Of a stretch of 64,000 bases of DNA, positions 52,645 to 63,801 are shown one piece after another; the stretch's first letter is position 1, and the number at the start of each line of letters is the position of its first letter. The stretch is from an uncultured Candidatus Actinomarina sp. (GTDB taxonomy: Bacteria; Actinomycetota; Acidimicrobiia; Actinomarinales; Actinomarinaceae). Under the pieces are notes generated by a model. The model was not told the DNA's origin. It did not search any database and saw only the letters and a program-made list of their open reading frames with translations. The stretch covers positions 827-64,826 of the forward strand of contig CACHBU010000005.1 in assembly GCA_902578135.1 (NCBI GenBank), given 5' to 3'. The translations under genes and the position numbers were made by a program.

Positions 52645-52761
52645 TTAACCTTGCCTTTGTTTGTGTCTAGGATTTCTTTTATTAATTACGTAAAGCTTTC
52701 CTTTTCTTCTTACAATTTGGTCATTTGGACCACGCTTTTTAATACTTGCTTTAACTTTCAT
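52645..52761 (-). CDS. rpmJ: 50S protein L36, Cys-free form (not in ORF track)
   Basis: [38 protein letters not shown]; ATGA overlap with infA. Confidence 0.96.
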   Translation of the reverse strand: MKVKASIKKRGPNDQIVRRKGKLYVINKRNPRHKQRQG

Positions 52762-52982
52762 TTATGTCTCCAAATAATCCTACCTCTTGTTGGATCATAT
52801 GGTGAAACTTCCATTTCAACAACATCACCCGGAAGGATTCTAATGTACCTCATTCTCATTTTTCCAGACACATGAGCTAATATTTCAGCTCCACTTTCAA
52901 GCTGAACCTTAAAAGAGGCATTTGGCAGTGTTTCCATAACTGTCCCTTGGACTTTTATTATGTTTTTTTCTTTTTCTACCAA
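52758..52982 (-). CDS. infA: Translation initiation factor IF-1
   Basis: [27 protein letters not shown]. Confidence 0.97.
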   Translation of the reverse strand: MVEKEKNIIKVQGTVMETLPNASFKVQLESGAEILAHVSGKMRMRYIRILPGDVVEMEVSPYDPTRGRIIWRHK

Positions 52983-53048
52983 AATTAGCCTTGATTATGT
53001 GACCGATTTACTAGATTAGTGCGATTTGAAACTATTACAAACACAAAA

Positions 53049-53801
53049 TTAAAATAAGTTTTCAGTAAAAACACGTGTTCCTTCCTCGGTAATTCCTATA
53101 GTATGTTCCCAATGTGCAGACTTTTTTCCATCTAATGTTCTAATTGTCCAGCCATCTACATCAATAAAATTCTCTTCTGTACCAAGATTAAACATTGGCT
53201 CAATACATATTGCCATGCCTGTTTTTAATTCAAAACCTTGATTCTTCTTACCATAATGGGGTACTTGGGGTTCTTCGTGCATTTCTTGACCTATTCCATG
53301 ACCAACATAGTTCCTAACATTGCCAAAATTGTTTTTCTTAGCTATTTTGTCAATCTTATGACCAATAGTTCCGAGTTTTTGACCATCCTTTACAAGTTTT
53401 ATACCTTCATGAAGTGCATGTTTAGTTTTTGATAATAGATTTTTTTCTTCTTCTGTAATTTCACCAACACCAAAACTAAAAGCTGCATCAGCATGATATC
53501 CTTCAAAAATAACGCCAACATCAATAGAAATTATATCTCCTTCATTTACAATATAATCATTGGGTATTCCATGAACAATTACATCATTTGGTGAAGCACA
53601 TATATGAGCTGGATAATCGTGATATCCTAAAAAACTAGCTTTTACATTTGACTTCTCAATTATATTTTTGGCAATATCATCTAAATCAATAAGCGTCATT
53701 CCTGCTTTTGTTTTATCATAAATTTCATAGTGTATATTTGATACAACTTTTCCTGCAGCTTCCATCTTTTTAAAATCTTCGGGTGTTTTATATGTAATCA
53801 T
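53049..53801 (-). CDS. map: Methionine aminopeptidase
   Basis: C.SPN..VHGIP, GHGIG..MHEEP, IEPM, HWEHT. Confidence 0.96.
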   Translation of the reverse strand: MITYKTPEDFKKMEAAGKVVSNIHYEIYDKTKAGMTLIDLDDIAKNIIEKSNVKASFLGYHDYPAHICASPNDVIVHGIPNDYIVNEGDIISIDVGVIFEGYHADAAFSFGVGEITEEEKNLLSKTKHALHEGIKLVKDGQKLGTIGHKIDKIAKKNNFGNVRNYVGHGIGQEMHEEPQVPHYGKKNQGFELKTGMAICIEPMFNLGTEENFIDVDGWTIRTLDGKKSAHWEHTIGITEEGTRVFTENLF

Positions 53802-54361
53802 TATTTAAAGTGTCTAGAAATTGAGTTGTAAATATCCTCTACTTCCCCAATAGCATCTATAACATTTACCAAGTTTTTTTCATTATAAAAATCAACTAAA
53901 GGCTGCGTATCTTTTTTGTAAACTTCAAACCTGACCTTAATTGAATCTTCAGTATCATCGGATCTGCCAGTCATTTCCCCTCTTAGTAAAATTCTTTTTA
54001 TTAATTCATCTTCGTTTACTTCAAATACAAAAACTTTCGCAACAGGAAATTCTTTATCTAAACTCTCTAAGCTTTTAGCTTGGGGTAAGGTTCTGGGGAA
54101 GCCATCAAGGATTGCACCATTCTTACAGTCTTCATTATTCAGTCTCTCTAGAAGCATTTCTATAACTAATTTGTCAGGGACTAAATTTCCTTCATCAAGA
54201 AGACTTTTAGCTATTTTACCTAGTTCAGTTCCACTGCTTACATGTTCTCTCAACATATCACCCGTTGAGATATGGGCTAGGTCAAATTCAGACGCAATTT
54301 TCAGAGCTTGAGTTCCTTTTCCTGCACCTGGCGGTCCAAGAAATATATTTAATTCACTCAA
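53801..54361 (-). CDS. adk: Adenylate kinase (short LID)
   Basis: GPPGAGKGTQ, HISTGD, LDGFPR, R.DD. Confidence 0.97.
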   Translation of the reverse strand: MSELNIFLGPPGAGKGTQALKIASEFDLAHISTGDMLREHVSSGTELGKIAKSLLDEGNLVPDKLVIEMLLERLNNEDCKNGAILDGFPRTLPQAKSLESLDKEFPVAKVFVFEVNEDELIKRILLRGEMTGRSDDTEDSIKVRFEVYKKDTQPLVDFYNEKNLVNVIDAIGEVEDIYNSISRHFK

Positions 54362-55671
54362 TCAATGAATCCTTCATAATTTCTCATGCTTAACTGACTT
54401 TCAATTTGCTTCATAGTTTCAAGAGCAACACCGACAGTTATTAAGATTGAAATTCCGCTAAAACCTAAAGGTATATCCCAAATCGCAGAAGCTATCGATG
54501 GCAATACTGCGACGGATGCTAAAAATATAGAGCCTGGTAAGGTAATTCTGTTTATTATATGTGACAAATAATTTGTTGTTGATATACCCGGCCTTACTCC
54601 TGGAACGAAGCCACCTTGCCTTCGGATCATGTCTGATTGACGTACTGGATCAAATTGTATAGTTGTATAAAAATAAGTAAAAAATATTATCAATATCCCT
54701 AAAAAGAAAATATAAAACCATGTTGTACCCTGGGAATTTGCCAAGTTAACGTCTATCCAATTTCTAATTGCTGCAGTAACAGAATTATCTTGTGGTAATG
54801 AAGTAGCTACTAATGCAGGAAAAAACAAAATACTTGTCGCAAAAATAACTGGGATAACTCCAGCACTGTTGACCTTAAGAGGGATATATGTGCTTTGACC
54901 ACCCATAACTTTTCTGCCTCTTACTCTTTTTGCAAATTGTATAGGGATTCTTCTTTGACCTTGCTCAACATAAATTATTCCAACAATCATTAAAAAGAAC
55001 ATGAGCATTAAAAATGTAAATTGTCCAATTCTTCCTTGTCCAGCAGTTACCTGATATGCACCTCCAAATTGTGCAGGAAGCTGGCTTACAATGCTAGCAA
55101 AAATAATTAATGACATTCCATTTCCAACACCTCTTTGTGAAATCAACTCACCAATCCACATAATAAAGGCAGTACCTGCAGTCATTGTTAAAACTATCAA
55201 TCCAACTCTAGATGGTGTGTAATTTGGAATAAGTGAAATACCACCTGTGAGACTACCTCTAGAAAATAAATAAGTTAAGGCAGTTGATTGCAATAGAGCT
55301 AAAACTACTGTTATGTACCTTGTCCATTGAGTGATTACTTTTCTACCAGACTCTCCTTCTTCTTGTAGTTTTTGTAATCTTGGTATCACAACTGTTAATA
55401 GCTGAAGAATGATACTAGCTGTAATGTATGGCATAATTCCTAAAGCAAAAACAGAAAAAGTCTCTAAAGCACCTCCGGAAAATAAATTTAATAAACCATA
55501 AATTCCAGCTTGTGATCCTGAGTCAGTTAGACGTTGAACAGCCTCTAAATCTACTCCTGGTACTGGCACTGCTGCACCGAGCCTGTAAACAGCAAACATA
55601 AAAAGAGTAAAAAATATTCTTTTTCTAAGGTCTGGAATTTTAAATATATATCTAAATATTGAGAGTTGCAT
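54358..55671 (-). CDS. secY: Preprotein translocase SecY
   Basis: FALGIMPYITASI, GNG.S, GVIPVIFA, PG.RPG. Confidence 0.98.
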   Translation of the reverse strand: MQLSIFRYIFKIPDLRKRIFFTLFMFAVYRLGAAVPVPGVDLEAVQRLTDSGSQAGIYGLLNLFSGGALETFSVFALGIMPYITASIILQLLTVVIPRLQKLQEEGESGRKVITQWTRYITVVLALLQSTALTYLFSRGSLTGGISLIPNYTPSRVGLIVLTMTAGTAFIMWIGELISQRGVGNGMSLIIFASIVSQLPAQFGGAYQVTAGQGRIGQFTFLMLMFFLMIVGIIYVEQGQRRIPIQFAKRVRGRKVMGGQSTYIPLKVNSAGVIPVIFATSILFFPALVATSLPQDNSVTAAIRNWIDVNLANSQGTTWFYIFFLGILIIFFTYFYTTIQFDPVRQSDMIRRQGGFVPGVRPGISTTNYLSHIINRITLPGSIFLASVAVLPSIASAIWDIPLGFSGISILITVGVALETMKQIESQLSMRNYEGFID

Positions 55672-55673
55672 AA

Positions 55674-56123
55674 TTACTCATTAATTATCTCGACAGACCC
55701 GCCAGCACTTTCAATTTTACTTTTAGCTACTTCACTAATCGCGTGAATCTTAAGGTCAATTTTTTTTGTAACTTCACCATCACCTAAAACTTTAACAAGA
55801 CCTTTTTTTCTAGTTAAGCCAAGTTCCCTAAGAACATCAGGATTAACTTCACCTTCAGCAGCTTTTTCTTCGAGATCACTTACATTTACAACAACATAAG
55901 ACATTTTAGGTGGATTGTTTAAACCTCTTAATTTAGGAATCCTCCTATATAAAGGAATTTGACCTCCTTCAAAATATGCAGGAACGGTTTTCCTAGCACC
56001 TGTACCTTTAGTTCCTCTACCTGCGGTCTTTCCTCGCTTTCCAGCTTCACCTCGACCTTTTCTTAATTTCTGTTTTGTAGATCCAGGTGTTGGTTTTAAA
56101 TGATGAAAACGTAACTTTTTCAT
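55674..56123 (-). CDS. rplO: 50S protein L15
   Basis: GKTAGRG.KG, FEGGQ.P. Confidence 0.97.
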   Translation of the reverse strand: MKKLRFHHLKPTPGSTKQKLRKGRGEAGKRGKTAGRGTKGTGARKTVPAYFEGGQIPLYRRIPKLRGLNNPPKMSYVVVNVSDLEEKAAEGEVNPDVLRELGLTRKKGLVKVLGDGEVTKKIDLKIHAISEVAKSKIESAGGSVEIINE

Positions 56124-56299
56124 TAAATTTCCTCAATTTCAACAAGGTGTTCAATTTTGTTAAGCATACCTTGAATCATAGGGTTCACTTCTCTTTCAGT
56201 AAAAGAATTTATCTTTTTTAATCCTAAACTTCTGACAGTTTCTCTTGCTTTGGGTTTCTCGCCTATCAAGCTTCTCTTTAAGGTTATTTTAACTTTCAT
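56123..56299 (-). CDS. rpmD: 50S protein L30 (not in ORF track)
   Basis: [13 protein letters not shown]...[11 protein letters not shown]...[10 protein letters not shown], 58 aa between rpsE and rplO. Confidence 0.95.
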   Translation of the reverse strand: MKVKITLKRSLIGEKPKARETVRSLGLKKINSFTEREVNPMIQGMLNKIEHLVEIEEI

Positions 56300-56840
56300 C
56301 AGGAACCTTTACTTTTTTTTCAGCTTTTGTTTTCTCATAGGCCTCAACTAAACCTGGAGGAGCTACCTCAGAAGACTTCTTGCCCCGTAAACTAGCAACA
56401 CTGTCAGGCGTTCTTTGATTGAGGAGGCCATTGATTGTTGCTTTGGCCACATTTAAATGAGTTGGAGATCCGAGCGATTTTGCTAATATGTCTTTTACTC
56501 CAGCAACTTCAAGAACTTGACGAGCAGCACCTCCGGCAATAACTCCTGTACCTGGTGCAGCAGGTTTTAAAAGAACCCTTGAAGAGCCGTGTTTTCCAAC
56601 GATTGAGTGTACTATTGTTGAACCTGCCATAGGTATTTCTGAGATATTCTTTTTTGCATCTTCGATGGCTTTTTGAATAGCTAATGGGACTTCAGAGCCT
56701 TTACCATATCCAATCCCAGCATTTCCATTTCCATCACCTACAGCAACTAGAGCTGTAAATGCGAAATTTCTACCACCTTTAACAACCTTGGCAACTCTGT
56801 TAATATGTATAACACTTTCTTGCAGTTCTAATTCAGACAT
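56289..56840 (-). CDS. rpsE: 30S protein S5
   Basis: [20 protein letters not shown]. Confidence 0.98.
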   Translation of the reverse strand: MSELELQESVIHINRVAKVVKGGRNFAFTALVAVGDGNGNAGIGYGKGSEVPLAIQKAIEDAKKNISEIPMAGSTIVHSIVGKHGSSRVLLKPAAPGTGVIAGGAARQVLEVAGVKDILAKSLGSPTHLNVAKATINGLLNQRTPDSVASLRGKKSSEVAPPGLVEAYEKTKAEKKVKVPDES

Positions 56841-57187
56841 TAAAATTTGATTCCTTTTTCTCTAATTCCATCAGCTAAAGATTTAATTCTTCCGTGGTAA
56901 ACATAGCCGCCTCTGTCAAAAACAGCGGATTTAATTTTTAATCCTGCTAACTTTTCACCCATCACTTCACCAACTTCTTTTGCTGACTCTACGGATAGTG
57001 TTTTAGTTTTTACCTCTTTAGACAATGTGCTAGCGGAAGCAATAGTTACTTGATTAAGATCATCTATTGCTTGAACATATATATTGTTGTTGCTTTTAAA
57101 AACAGCAAGCCTAGGTACTTTGGATGTGCCAGATATTTTTTTTCTTATTCTAATTTTTCTGTGTATTCTTTTATCTTTAACTTTCAT
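56840..57187 (-). CDS. rplR: 50S protein L18
   Basis: PRL.VF.S, FDRGG..YHGR. Confidence 0.97.
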   Translation of the reverse strand: MKVKDKRIHRKIRIRKKISGTSKVPRLAVFKSNNNIYVQAIDDLNQVTIASASTLSKEVKTKTLSVESAKEVGEVMGEKLAGLKIKSAVFDRGGYVYHGRIKSLADGIREKGIKF

Positions 57188-57192
57188 AGTTA

Positions 57193-57744
57193 TTAAGCTC
57201 CAGCTGTTACAGCAGCCTTACCTGCTTTTCTTCTAACATATTCATCTTTGTATCTTATACCTTTGCCTTTATATGGTTCAGGTGGTTTAATTGCTCGTAT
57301 ATTTGCAGCAACTTGACCTACTAACGCTTTGTCAATTCCGGAAACTATTATTGTGTTTTGATCAGGCACTTCATATTTTATTCCCTCAACTTGATTAAAC
57401 AGTACAGGATGAGAGAAGCCGCATAAAATTTCAATATCATTGCCCTTTAGAGTGGCTCTGTGTCCAACACCTTGAAGTAAAAGTGTTTTACTATATCCTT
57501 CTAATACTCCTTCAATATTGTTAGCAACTAAAGATCTGTACAAGCCATGTAAGCTTCTAACCTCTGGAGCTTCGGAAGTTCTTGAGAATAATAATTCATT
57601 TTCTTTAATTTCAAATTTAATTCTCTCATCAACAATTTCAGTAGTTAATTCTCCTTTGGGACCTTTAACAATAATTGAATTGCCATTTAAATTCATTTCT
57701 ATTTTTTCAGGGATTAAAACTGGCTTATTTCCTATTCTGCTCAT
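57193..57744 (-). CDS. rplF: 50S protein L6
   Basis: MSRIG, KGPKG, PEPYKGKG. Confidence 0.98.
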   Translation of the reverse strand: MSRIGNKPVLIPEKIEMNLNGNSIIVKGPKGELTTEIVDERIKFEIKENELLFSRTSEAPEVRSLHGLYRSLVANNIEGVLEGYSKTLLLQGVGHRATLKGNDIEILCGFSHPVLFNQVEGIKYEVPDQNTIIVSGIDKALVGQVAANIRAIKPPEPYKGKGIRYKDEYVRRKAGKAAVTAGA

Positions 57745-58139
57745 GACCAAACCTCACAAATAAGCTCTCCACCGAGTTTTCGTTTTCTGGCTTCAGAATC
57801 AGGAAGCAATCCTCGAGATGTTGAGATAATTACTGTACCTAAACCACCGTTATTTCTTGGAAGTGATTCAGATCCAACATATAGTCTTCTACCAGGCTTA
57901 CTTAATCTGTTCAAACCAGCAAGCACAGGTGCACCTTCTTCTGAGTATTTTAAATCAATTTGAATTTCTTTTTTTGAGGACTCTTCTATTACTTTTACAT
58001 CACTTATATAGCCCTCATTTTTTAAAAGTTTAGACAGTTCCAACTTGAATTTTGAATGAGGAACGATAACTGATGGTTTGTTGACCATTGAAGCATTTCT
58101 GATTCGAGTTAAAAAATCTGAAATTGGATCTGAATTCAT
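57741..58139 (-). CDS. rpsH: 30S protein S8
   Basis: DPISD.LTRIRN, SKPG.R.Y, GGE. Confidence 0.98.
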   Translation of the reverse strand: MNSDPISDFLTRIRNASMVNKPSVIVPHSKFKLELSKLLKNEGYISDVKVIEESSKKEIQIDLKYSEEGAPVLAGLNRLSKPGRRLYVGSESLPRNNGGLGTVIISTSRGLLPDSEARKRKLGGELICEVWS

Positions 58140-58140
58140 T

Positions 58141-58446
58141 TTACCAAGACGCTTTCTTTATTCCGGGTAGTTCTCCTTTAAGGGCTAAATCTCTAAACGT
58201 ATTTCTGGACATACCAAACTTTCTCAGATTACCTCGAGGCCTTCCTGTAACTTCACACCTATTTCTATGTCTTGTTGGAGAAGCATCTCTTGGCATCTTA
58301 GCAATCTTTTTTTGGGCTTCTCTTTTTTCATCATAAGATGTATTGGGGTCCTTAATAATTTTAAGAAGTTCTTGACGTCTATCGGAGTAAACACCTATCG
58401 TTCTTTTTCTTTGATTGTTTTTAACAATCTTGCTTGTTTTTGCCAT
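58141..58446 (-). CDS. rpsN: 30S protein S14, long zinc-independent form
   Basis: 101 aa, PRDASP.R.RNRC..TGRPRG, PG..KASW; one Cys. Confidence 0.97.
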   Translation of the reverse strand: MAKTSKIVKNNQRKRTIGVYSDRRQELLKIIKDPNTSYDEKREAQKKIAKMPRDASPTRHRNRCEVTGRPRGNLRKFGMSRNTFRDLALKGELPGIKKASW

Positions 58447-58448
58447 AA

Positions 58449-58994
58449 TTAATTCTCCCTAAATGGAAATCCTAGCGATTGTAATAATACATAACCTTGG
58501 TTGTTATCGTTAGCAGAAGTACAAATAGTAATATTCATACCTCTTATATCACGAACTTTATCGTATTCAACTTCTGGAAAAACTAATTGCTCATTAAGTC
58601 CGAGTGTATAATTCCCGTTTCCATCAAATGATTTTTTATTAAAACCTCTAAAGTCTCTGATTCTTGGAACAACTACTTGAACAAATCTGTCATAAAATTC
58701 CCACATACGATCACCACGAAGGGTTACTGCTACACCAATTGGCATGCCTTCTCGTATTTTAAATCCCGCAATTGATTTTTTTGCACGCCTAATTACTGGT
58801 TTTTGTCCTGATATAGCTGTTAACTCATCAATCATAGACTCAAGTGCTCTTCCATCTGTAGCAGCTTTACCATCACCAATGTTGATAATAATTTTATCAA
58901 GTGTTGGTATCTCATTTACATTATTAAGGCTAAGTTGCTCCATAACTGAAGTTTTCAATTCAGTATTAAACTGCTCTTTTAATCTTGGTATCAT
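58449..58994 (-). CDS. rplE: 50S protein L5
   Basis: [18 protein letters not shown]. Confidence 0.98.
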   Translation of the reverse strand: MIPRLKEQFNTELKTSVMEQLSLNNVNEIPTLDKIIINIGDGKAATDGRALESMIDELTAISGQKPVIRRAKKSIAGFKIREGMPIGVAVTLRGDRMWEFYDRFVQVVVPRIRDFRGFNKKSFDGNGNYTLGLNEQLVFPEVEYDKVRDIRGMNITICTSANDNNQGYVLLQSLGFPFREN

Positions 58995-59293
58995 ACTTCA
59001 TCACCTGTTTGTGCTAGCACTCGATACTTCTTACCATTTTTATCAAATTTATAACTCACTCTGCCTGACTTTTTCTTGACAACTAAAGCAACGTTGGAGA
59101 CATCTATTGGCATACTCTTGTCGATTACACCGCCCTGCATTGTTTGGCCTTGTGGTTTTTGATGTTTCTTTGTAATATTCACACCCTCAACAAGAACAGT
59201 CCCTTTTTTTGGAAATGCTTGCAAGACTTTTCCTTGTTTTCCTGAATCTTTACCAGATATGACTTTAACTAAGTCTCCTTTTTGAATTTTCAT
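58991..59293 (-). CDS. rplX: 50S protein L24
   Basis: GD.V.VISGKD.GK.G, VEGVN. Confidence 0.97.
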   Translation of the reverse strand: MKIQKGDLVKVISGKDSGKQGKVLQAFPKKGTVLVEGVNITKKHQKPQGQTMQGGVIDKSMPIDVSNVALVVKKKSGRVSYKFDKNGKKYRVLAQTGDEV

Positions 59294-59661
59294 TACAAAA
59301 CCTCCGGCGCTAATGAAACTATTCTCATAAATCTTTTTTCTCTAAGTTCACGACCAACTGGACCAAAAATTCTTGTACCCCTAGGTTGATCTTGCTCGTT
59401 AATAATGACACAGGCGTTTTCGTCAAATCTAATATATGTACCATCTTTTCTTCTAGTTTCTTTTTTTGTTCGGACAACTACCGCGTTGACAATATCTCCT
59501 TTTTTAATTTGACCTCCAGGAATAGCGTCTTTTACAGTGGCTACAAAAACATCACCTAAGCCTGCATATCTAATTCTGGAACTACCTTTAACCTTTATAC
59601 AAAGTACTTCTTTTGCACCTGAATTATCAGCAACTTTTAGTCTTGACTCTTTCTGTATCAT
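59293..59661 (-). CDS. rplN: 50S protein L14
   Basis: [21 protein letters not shown]. Confidence 0.98.
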   Translation of the reverse strand: MIQKESRLKVADNSGAKEVLCIKVKGSSRIRYAGLGDVFVATVKDAIPGGQIKKGDIVNAVVVRTKKETRRKDGTYIRFDENACVIINEQDQPRGTRIFGPVGRELREKRFMRIVSLAPEVL

Positions 59662-59921
59662 CTTGCTCTTTCTACAATTTCAGTAATTCTCCAACGCTTT
59701 GTTTTTGAATATGGCTTAGTTTCCATAATTTTTACTGTATCACCAATTTTTGCGTCGAAATTTTCATCATGTGCATGTAATTTTCTAGTCTTCTTTACAA
59801 TTTTTTTATATTTTGGATGTGGGAATTGAATTTCAATTGAAACAGTAACTGTTTTTTCTCTTGAATCAGAAGTGACAATTCCGGTTCTAGTTTTTCTAAA
59901 AGATCTTGATTCTTCTACCAT
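59658..59921 (-). CDS. rpsQ: 30S protein S17
   Basis: HPKY.K, AHDE, ET.P.SK.K.W. Confidence 0.97.
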   Translation of the reverse strand: MVEESRSFRKTRTGIVTSDSREKTVTVSIEIQFPHPKYKKIVKKTRKLHAHDENFDAKIGDTVKIMETKPYSKTKRWRITEIVERAR

Positions 59922-59923
59922 TA

Positions 59924-60133
59924 CTAACCTTCCTCAACATTTTCAACACTAAGCTTTTCAGTCAAAACAGTATTTGCTTGAGCGATCTCTTTTCTAATTT
60001 TTTTAAATACAGAGGTGTCTTCTAATTGGCTTGTAGCTAAAGCAAACCTTGAATCCATAAGTTCTTTTTTGAGATCAACTATCTTATTTTTCAATTCAGT
60101 GACAGAAAGCTCTCTTAAATCATTCACGCTCAT
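59924..60133 (-). CDS. rpmC: 50S protein L29
   Basis: LR, EL...RF, RK.IA...T; position in operon. Confidence 0.93.
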   Translation of the reverse strand: MSVNDLRELSVTELKNKIVDLKKELMDSRFALATSQLEDTSVFKKIRKEIAQANTVLTEKLSVENVEEG

Positions 60134-60543
60134 AAGTTATCCCTTTTTACAAATTTAGTTTTCATTGGTAATTTATGACCAGCTTTTCTCATGGCTTCTC
60201 TTGCAACATCTTCTGAAACACCAGAAATCTCAAAAATTATGCGACCAGGTTTTACTACAGCTACATAATATTCGACGTTTCCTTTACCAGAGCCCATCCT
60301 TACCTCAGCAGGTTTTTGAGTTACAGGTTTATGAGGAAAAATGTTGATCCATACTTTTCCACCACGTTTCATGGTTCTAGTTATTGTAATTCTTGCAGCT
60401 TCTATCTGTCTTCCTGTGACATAGGAAGTTTCAACTGCTTGAATTCCATAGTCACCAAAATTTACAGTGTTCCCACCTTTAGAGTTTCCTTTTCTTCTTC
60501 CTCTATGAGATTTTCTGTATTTTGTCTTTTTAGGCATCAACAT
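60130..60543 (-). CDS. rplP: 50S protein L16
   Basis: PK.TK.RK, RQIEAAR, RMGSGKG. Confidence 0.98.
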   Translation of the reverse strand: MLMPKKTKYRKSHRGRRKGNSKGGNTVNFGDYGIQAVETSYVTGRQIEAARITITRTMKRGGKVWINIFPHKPVTQKPAEVRMGSGKGNVEYYVAVVKPGRIIFEISGVSEDVAREAMRKAGHKLPMKTKFVKRDNL

Positions 60544-60546
60544 AAT

Positions 60547-61446
60547 TTACTCTTCTTCTAAGATAGATTTTTCTTCTTCAAATTCAGCTTGAGCAGTTTC
60601 TTTTGTAATTTTTTTACCGCCTCCAGCTTCAACTATATTTGAGGTCTTATCTTCTCCAGATTTTTTACCACCGCCAGCTTCTAGAATCTTCGATTCTTTT
60701 TTCTCTCCCACTGCAGCTTCAGCTCTTGATTTAACTGATTTTACTCTTCCAGCTGCTGGGCCACCACTAGCTAAATTGGCTTCAGCGGAAATTTTTTCTT
60801 GTCTTAACTTGTTTGAGCCGACAACATCACCTTTGTAAACCCAAACTTTTACCCCAATTGCTCCTACTGTAGTATGCGCGGCTGCTCTTCCAAAATCTAT
60901 ATCGGCTCTTAGGGTGTGTAATGGTACTCTTCCTTCTCTATACCATTCTCTACGCCCCATTTCAGCACCACCAAGTCTACCTGAACACTCAACTCTGACT
61001 CCTTCAGCACCTGCTTTAAGCGCTGCAGAAACAGCTCTTTTCATTGCTCTACGAAATGCAACTCTGTTTTCTAACTGATCTGCTATACCTCTTGCTAACA
61101 ATTGTGCGTCTAGCTCAGCTTCTCTGATTTCAATAATGTTTAATTTAACAGGTTGTTTTGAAAGCTTCTCAATACCTTTTCTAAGACGATCAGCTTCAAC
61201 ACCTTTTCTACCTATTACGACACCTGGTCTTGCAGTGTGAATGTCAACTGTAAGGGTTCCTCCCTTATCTCTTCTTTCAATTTCAATTCTTGACACTGCA
61301 GCTTTTGGTAGTTCTTTTGAAAGCAACTTTCTTATTTGATAATCTTGATTTACTAAATCCTTGTAGTCTTTACTATTAAACCAACGTGACTTCCAATCGT
61401 TAACGATTCCAATTCTAAATGCATATGGATGAGTTTTTTGACCCAT
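60547..61446 (-). CDS. rpsC: 30S protein S3 with C-terminal extension
   Basis: MGQK.HP, RPG..IG, GRLGG.E, PLHTLRA. Confidence 0.98.
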   Translation of the reverse strand: MGQKTHPYAFRIGIVNDWKSRWFNSKDYKDLVNQDYQIRKLLSKELPKAAVSRIEIERRDKGGTLTVDIHTARPGVVIGRKGVEADRLRKGIEKLSKQPVKLNIIEIREAELDAQLLARGIADQLENRVAFRRAMKRAVSAALKAGAEGVRVECSGRLGGAEMGRREWYREGRVPLHTLRADIDFGRAAAHTTVGAIGVKVWVYKGDVVGSNKLRQEKISAEANLASGGPAAGRVKSVKSRAEAAVGEKKESKILEAGGGKKSGEDKTSNIVEAGGGKKITKETAQAEFEEEKSILEEE

Positions 61447-61793
61447 TATTCACTCACACTTTCTAGTTCAATCAATAAATGAGATGTCCTCTTATTAATT
61501 CTTCCTGCTCTTCCTCTTGCTCTTGGTCTAAATCTTTTCAATGTAGGACCTTCATCAGCAATAGCTTTTGATATATATAAATCAGAAGCATTTAGATTAT
61601 AGTTTGCTTCAGCATTAGATATAGCGCTTTCTAATACTTGTTTAATTTCAACAGCTGCTCTTCTTTTAGTAAATGTTAAAACATTTAAAGCTTCTTGAAC
61701 ATCAAGACCCCTAATTAAATTAAGAACTAACCTCATTTTATAAGGTGATTGTCTTATATATTTTCCTTGTGCTTTAACTGTTGTGTTTTCCAT
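61446..61793 (-). CDS. rplV: 50S protein L22
   Basis: SP.K.R, SA..NA, RPRA.GRA. Confidence 0.97.
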   Translation of the reverse strand: MENTTVKAQGKYIRQSPYKMRLVLNLIRGLDVQEALNVLTFTKRRAAVEIKQVLESAISNAEANYNLNASDLYISKAIADEGPTLKRFRPRARGRAGRINKRTSHLLIELESVSE

Positions 61794-62056
61794 TAGTTTT
61801 GTCCCGGATGTCCTTTGAAAGTTCTTGTTGGTGAAAATTCTCCAAGTTTGTGACCTACCATCGCTTCAGTTATAAATACAGGTAGATGCTGTCTCCCATT
61901 ATGAACTGCAATAGTAAGTCCAACCATTTCAGGAACTACTGTTGATCTTCTGCTCCAAGTTTTAATAACAGATTTATTGCCAGTATTTTGAGCATCTTCT
62001 ACTTTTTTAAGCAGATGTTCATCTACAAATGGTCCTTTTCTTAAACTTCTAGCCAT
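61793..62056 (-). CDS. rpsS: 30S protein S19
   Basis: MARSL.KGPF, TWSRRS, GHKLGEF; start reassigned. Confidence 0.98.
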   Translation of the reverse strand: MARSLRKGPFVDEHLLKKVEDAQNTGNKSVIKTWSRRSTVVPEMVGLTIAVHNGRQHLPVFITEAMVGHKLGEFSPTRTFKGHPGQN

Positions 62057-62057
62057 G

Positions 62058-62891
62058 TTAATTTCTACCTTTTTGTGATCTTCTTCTAACAATTGATTTA
62101 TTGCTGTACTTTTTCTTTTTCCTAGTCTTCTTTTCTGGTTTACCCCATGGGCTAACAGGCACTCTACCACCAGAGGATTTTCCTTCTCCTCCACCTAAAG
62201 GATGGTCGACAGGGTTCATGGCAACACCTCTTGTCTGTGGCCTAACCCCTTTCCATCTACTTCTACCTGCTTTACCTAATTTTGTAAGTTCTGCTTCAGC
62301 ATTTCCAACAATCCCTACAGTTGCTCTACAATCCATTGGAACTGTTCTCATTTCTCCAGATGGTAAGCGAAGCAATGCTGAATCACCCTCTTTACTCATA
62401 AGCTGAACAGATGATCCTGCTGATCTTGCCATCTTTGCTCCACCACCAGGTCTTAATTCAACGGCATGTACAAAAGTACCTGCGGGTATATTTCTTAATG
62501 GTAAACAATTGCCATCTTTAATATCTGCTTTTGGTCCTGACTCTACTCTAGAGTCAACGGATATGCCATCTGGTGCAATAATATATGACTTTTCTCCATC
62601 AACATAGTGCAGAAGGGCAATTCTTGCATTTCTATTTGGATCATATTCAATTCCAGCAACTCGTGCAGGGATGCCATCTTTAATTCTTTTGAAATCTATT
62701 ACTCTATATTTTTGTTTGTGTCCTCCACCTCTGTGCCTTGAAGTAATTCTTCCTTTGTTATTTCGACCACCAGATGATTTTTTTGACTCTAAAAGTGATT
62801 TTTCAGGTTTCTTTTTTGTAATATCTTTAAAATCTGTAGCAACCTGACCACGCATTCCGGGAGTAACTGGTCTAATTTTCTTTGAACCCAT
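62058..62891 (-). CDS. rplB: 50S protein L2
   Basis: GGRNN.G, EYDPNR, MNPVDHP.GGGEG. Confidence 0.99.
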   Translation of the reverse strand: MGSKKIRPVTPGMRGQVATDFKDITKKKPEKSLLESKKSSGGRNNKGRITSRHRGGGHKQKYRVIDFKRIKDGIPARVAGIEYDPNRNARIALLHYVDGEKSYIIAPDGISVDSRVESGPKADIKDGNCLPLRNIPAGTFVHAVELRPGGGAKMARSAGSSVQLMSKEGDSALLRLPSGEMRTVPMDCRATVGIVGNAEAELTKLGKAGRSRWKGVRPQTRGVAMNPVDHPLGGGEGKSSGGRVPVSPWGKPEKKTRKKKKYSNKSIVRRRSQKGRN

Positions 62892-62893
62892 TT

Positions 62894-63181
62894 TTAAACT
62901 CCAAAAGCCTCAATAGTATCGCCTTCTGCGAGAGTAACTATTGCTATTTTTCTTGTACTTTGTTGGCCAATTACATATCCAAATCTTTTTTTCTTTCCTT
63001 TTCGATACATTGTGTTGACTCTTAAAACTTTTACACCAAACATTTCTTCAACTGCCTTTTTAATTTGTGGTTTGTCTGTTTTTGGGTGAACAAAAAAGGA
63101 GTAAGAATTTGAATCAGAAATTCTATCATATGATTTTTCTGATATGACTGGAGCGATTAAAACATCTTCTAAATATTTCAT
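62894..63181 (-). CDS. rplW: 50S protein L23
   Basis: P.ISEKS, K.QIK.AVE..F.VKV..VNT. Confidence 0.96.
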   Translation of the reverse strand: MKYLEDVLIAPVISEKSYDRISDSNSYSFFVHPKTDKPQIKKAVEEMFGVKVLRVNTMYRKGKKKRFGYVIGQQSTRKIAIVTLAEGDTIEAFGV

Positions 63182-63801
63182 TATTCTTCTCCTAAGAATT
63201 CTGAGATTGCATCGACAGAAAAAATTGTATCATCTGTCGAAATGATGTCGATAGCAGCTAGTTTTTTTACAGATACCAGTCTTGATTTTGGAATATTATT
63301 AAAGGATTTGTATAAATTTTCATCGTTATCACTGTAAATAAATGTAAAATTTCTTTCTATATTTAACTCATTTAGAGAAGTAACTGCTTGTTTGGTAGAT
63401 GGTGTAGAAAAATCTGATCCATTAATTACAAAAACCGAACTCTCTTCAATTCTTTGTGATATTGCCATATCCAGAGCTTTCTTTTTCATTTTTTTTGGAG
63501 TTCTGTCTTGATAAACTCTTGTACCAGGTCCATGTGCAACACCACCCCCAGCGAATTGTGGGGATCTCAGAGAACCTTGTCTAGCCCTACCTGTTCCCTT
63601 TTGTGCCCAAGGTTTTGCACCTGTTCCAGATACCTGTGCACGTGTTTTAACACTTGCAGTATTATTCCTAAAATTAGTTCTGCTGCCTTTTACGACTTGA
63701 TGAAGCAATCCAAGATTTATGTCGTCTAACTTGTTAAAAGCATATTGTTTTTTTGAAACTTTATTATCAGATATATTTATAGTGTCCAGCTTTACAGTCA
63801 T
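63181..63801 (-). CDS. rplD: 50S protein L4
   Basis: KTR..VSG...KPW.QKGTGRARQGS. Confidence 0.97.
   Translation of the reverse strand: MTVKLDTINISDNKVSKKQYAFNKLDDINLGLLHQVVKGSRTNFRNNTASVKTRAQVSGTGAKPWAQKGTGRARQGSLRSPQFAGGGVAHGPGTRVYQDRTPKKMKKKALDMAISQRIEESSVFVINGSDFSTPSTKQAVTSLNELNIERNFTFIYSDNDENLYKSFNNIPKSRLVSVKKLAAIDIISTDDTIFSVDAISEFLGEE

Noticed and set aside
52983-53048. Possible structured leader upstream of infA-rpmJ-rpsM
   Set aside because: Only weak pairing is visible; I cannot distinguish it from a plain promoter region without alignments.
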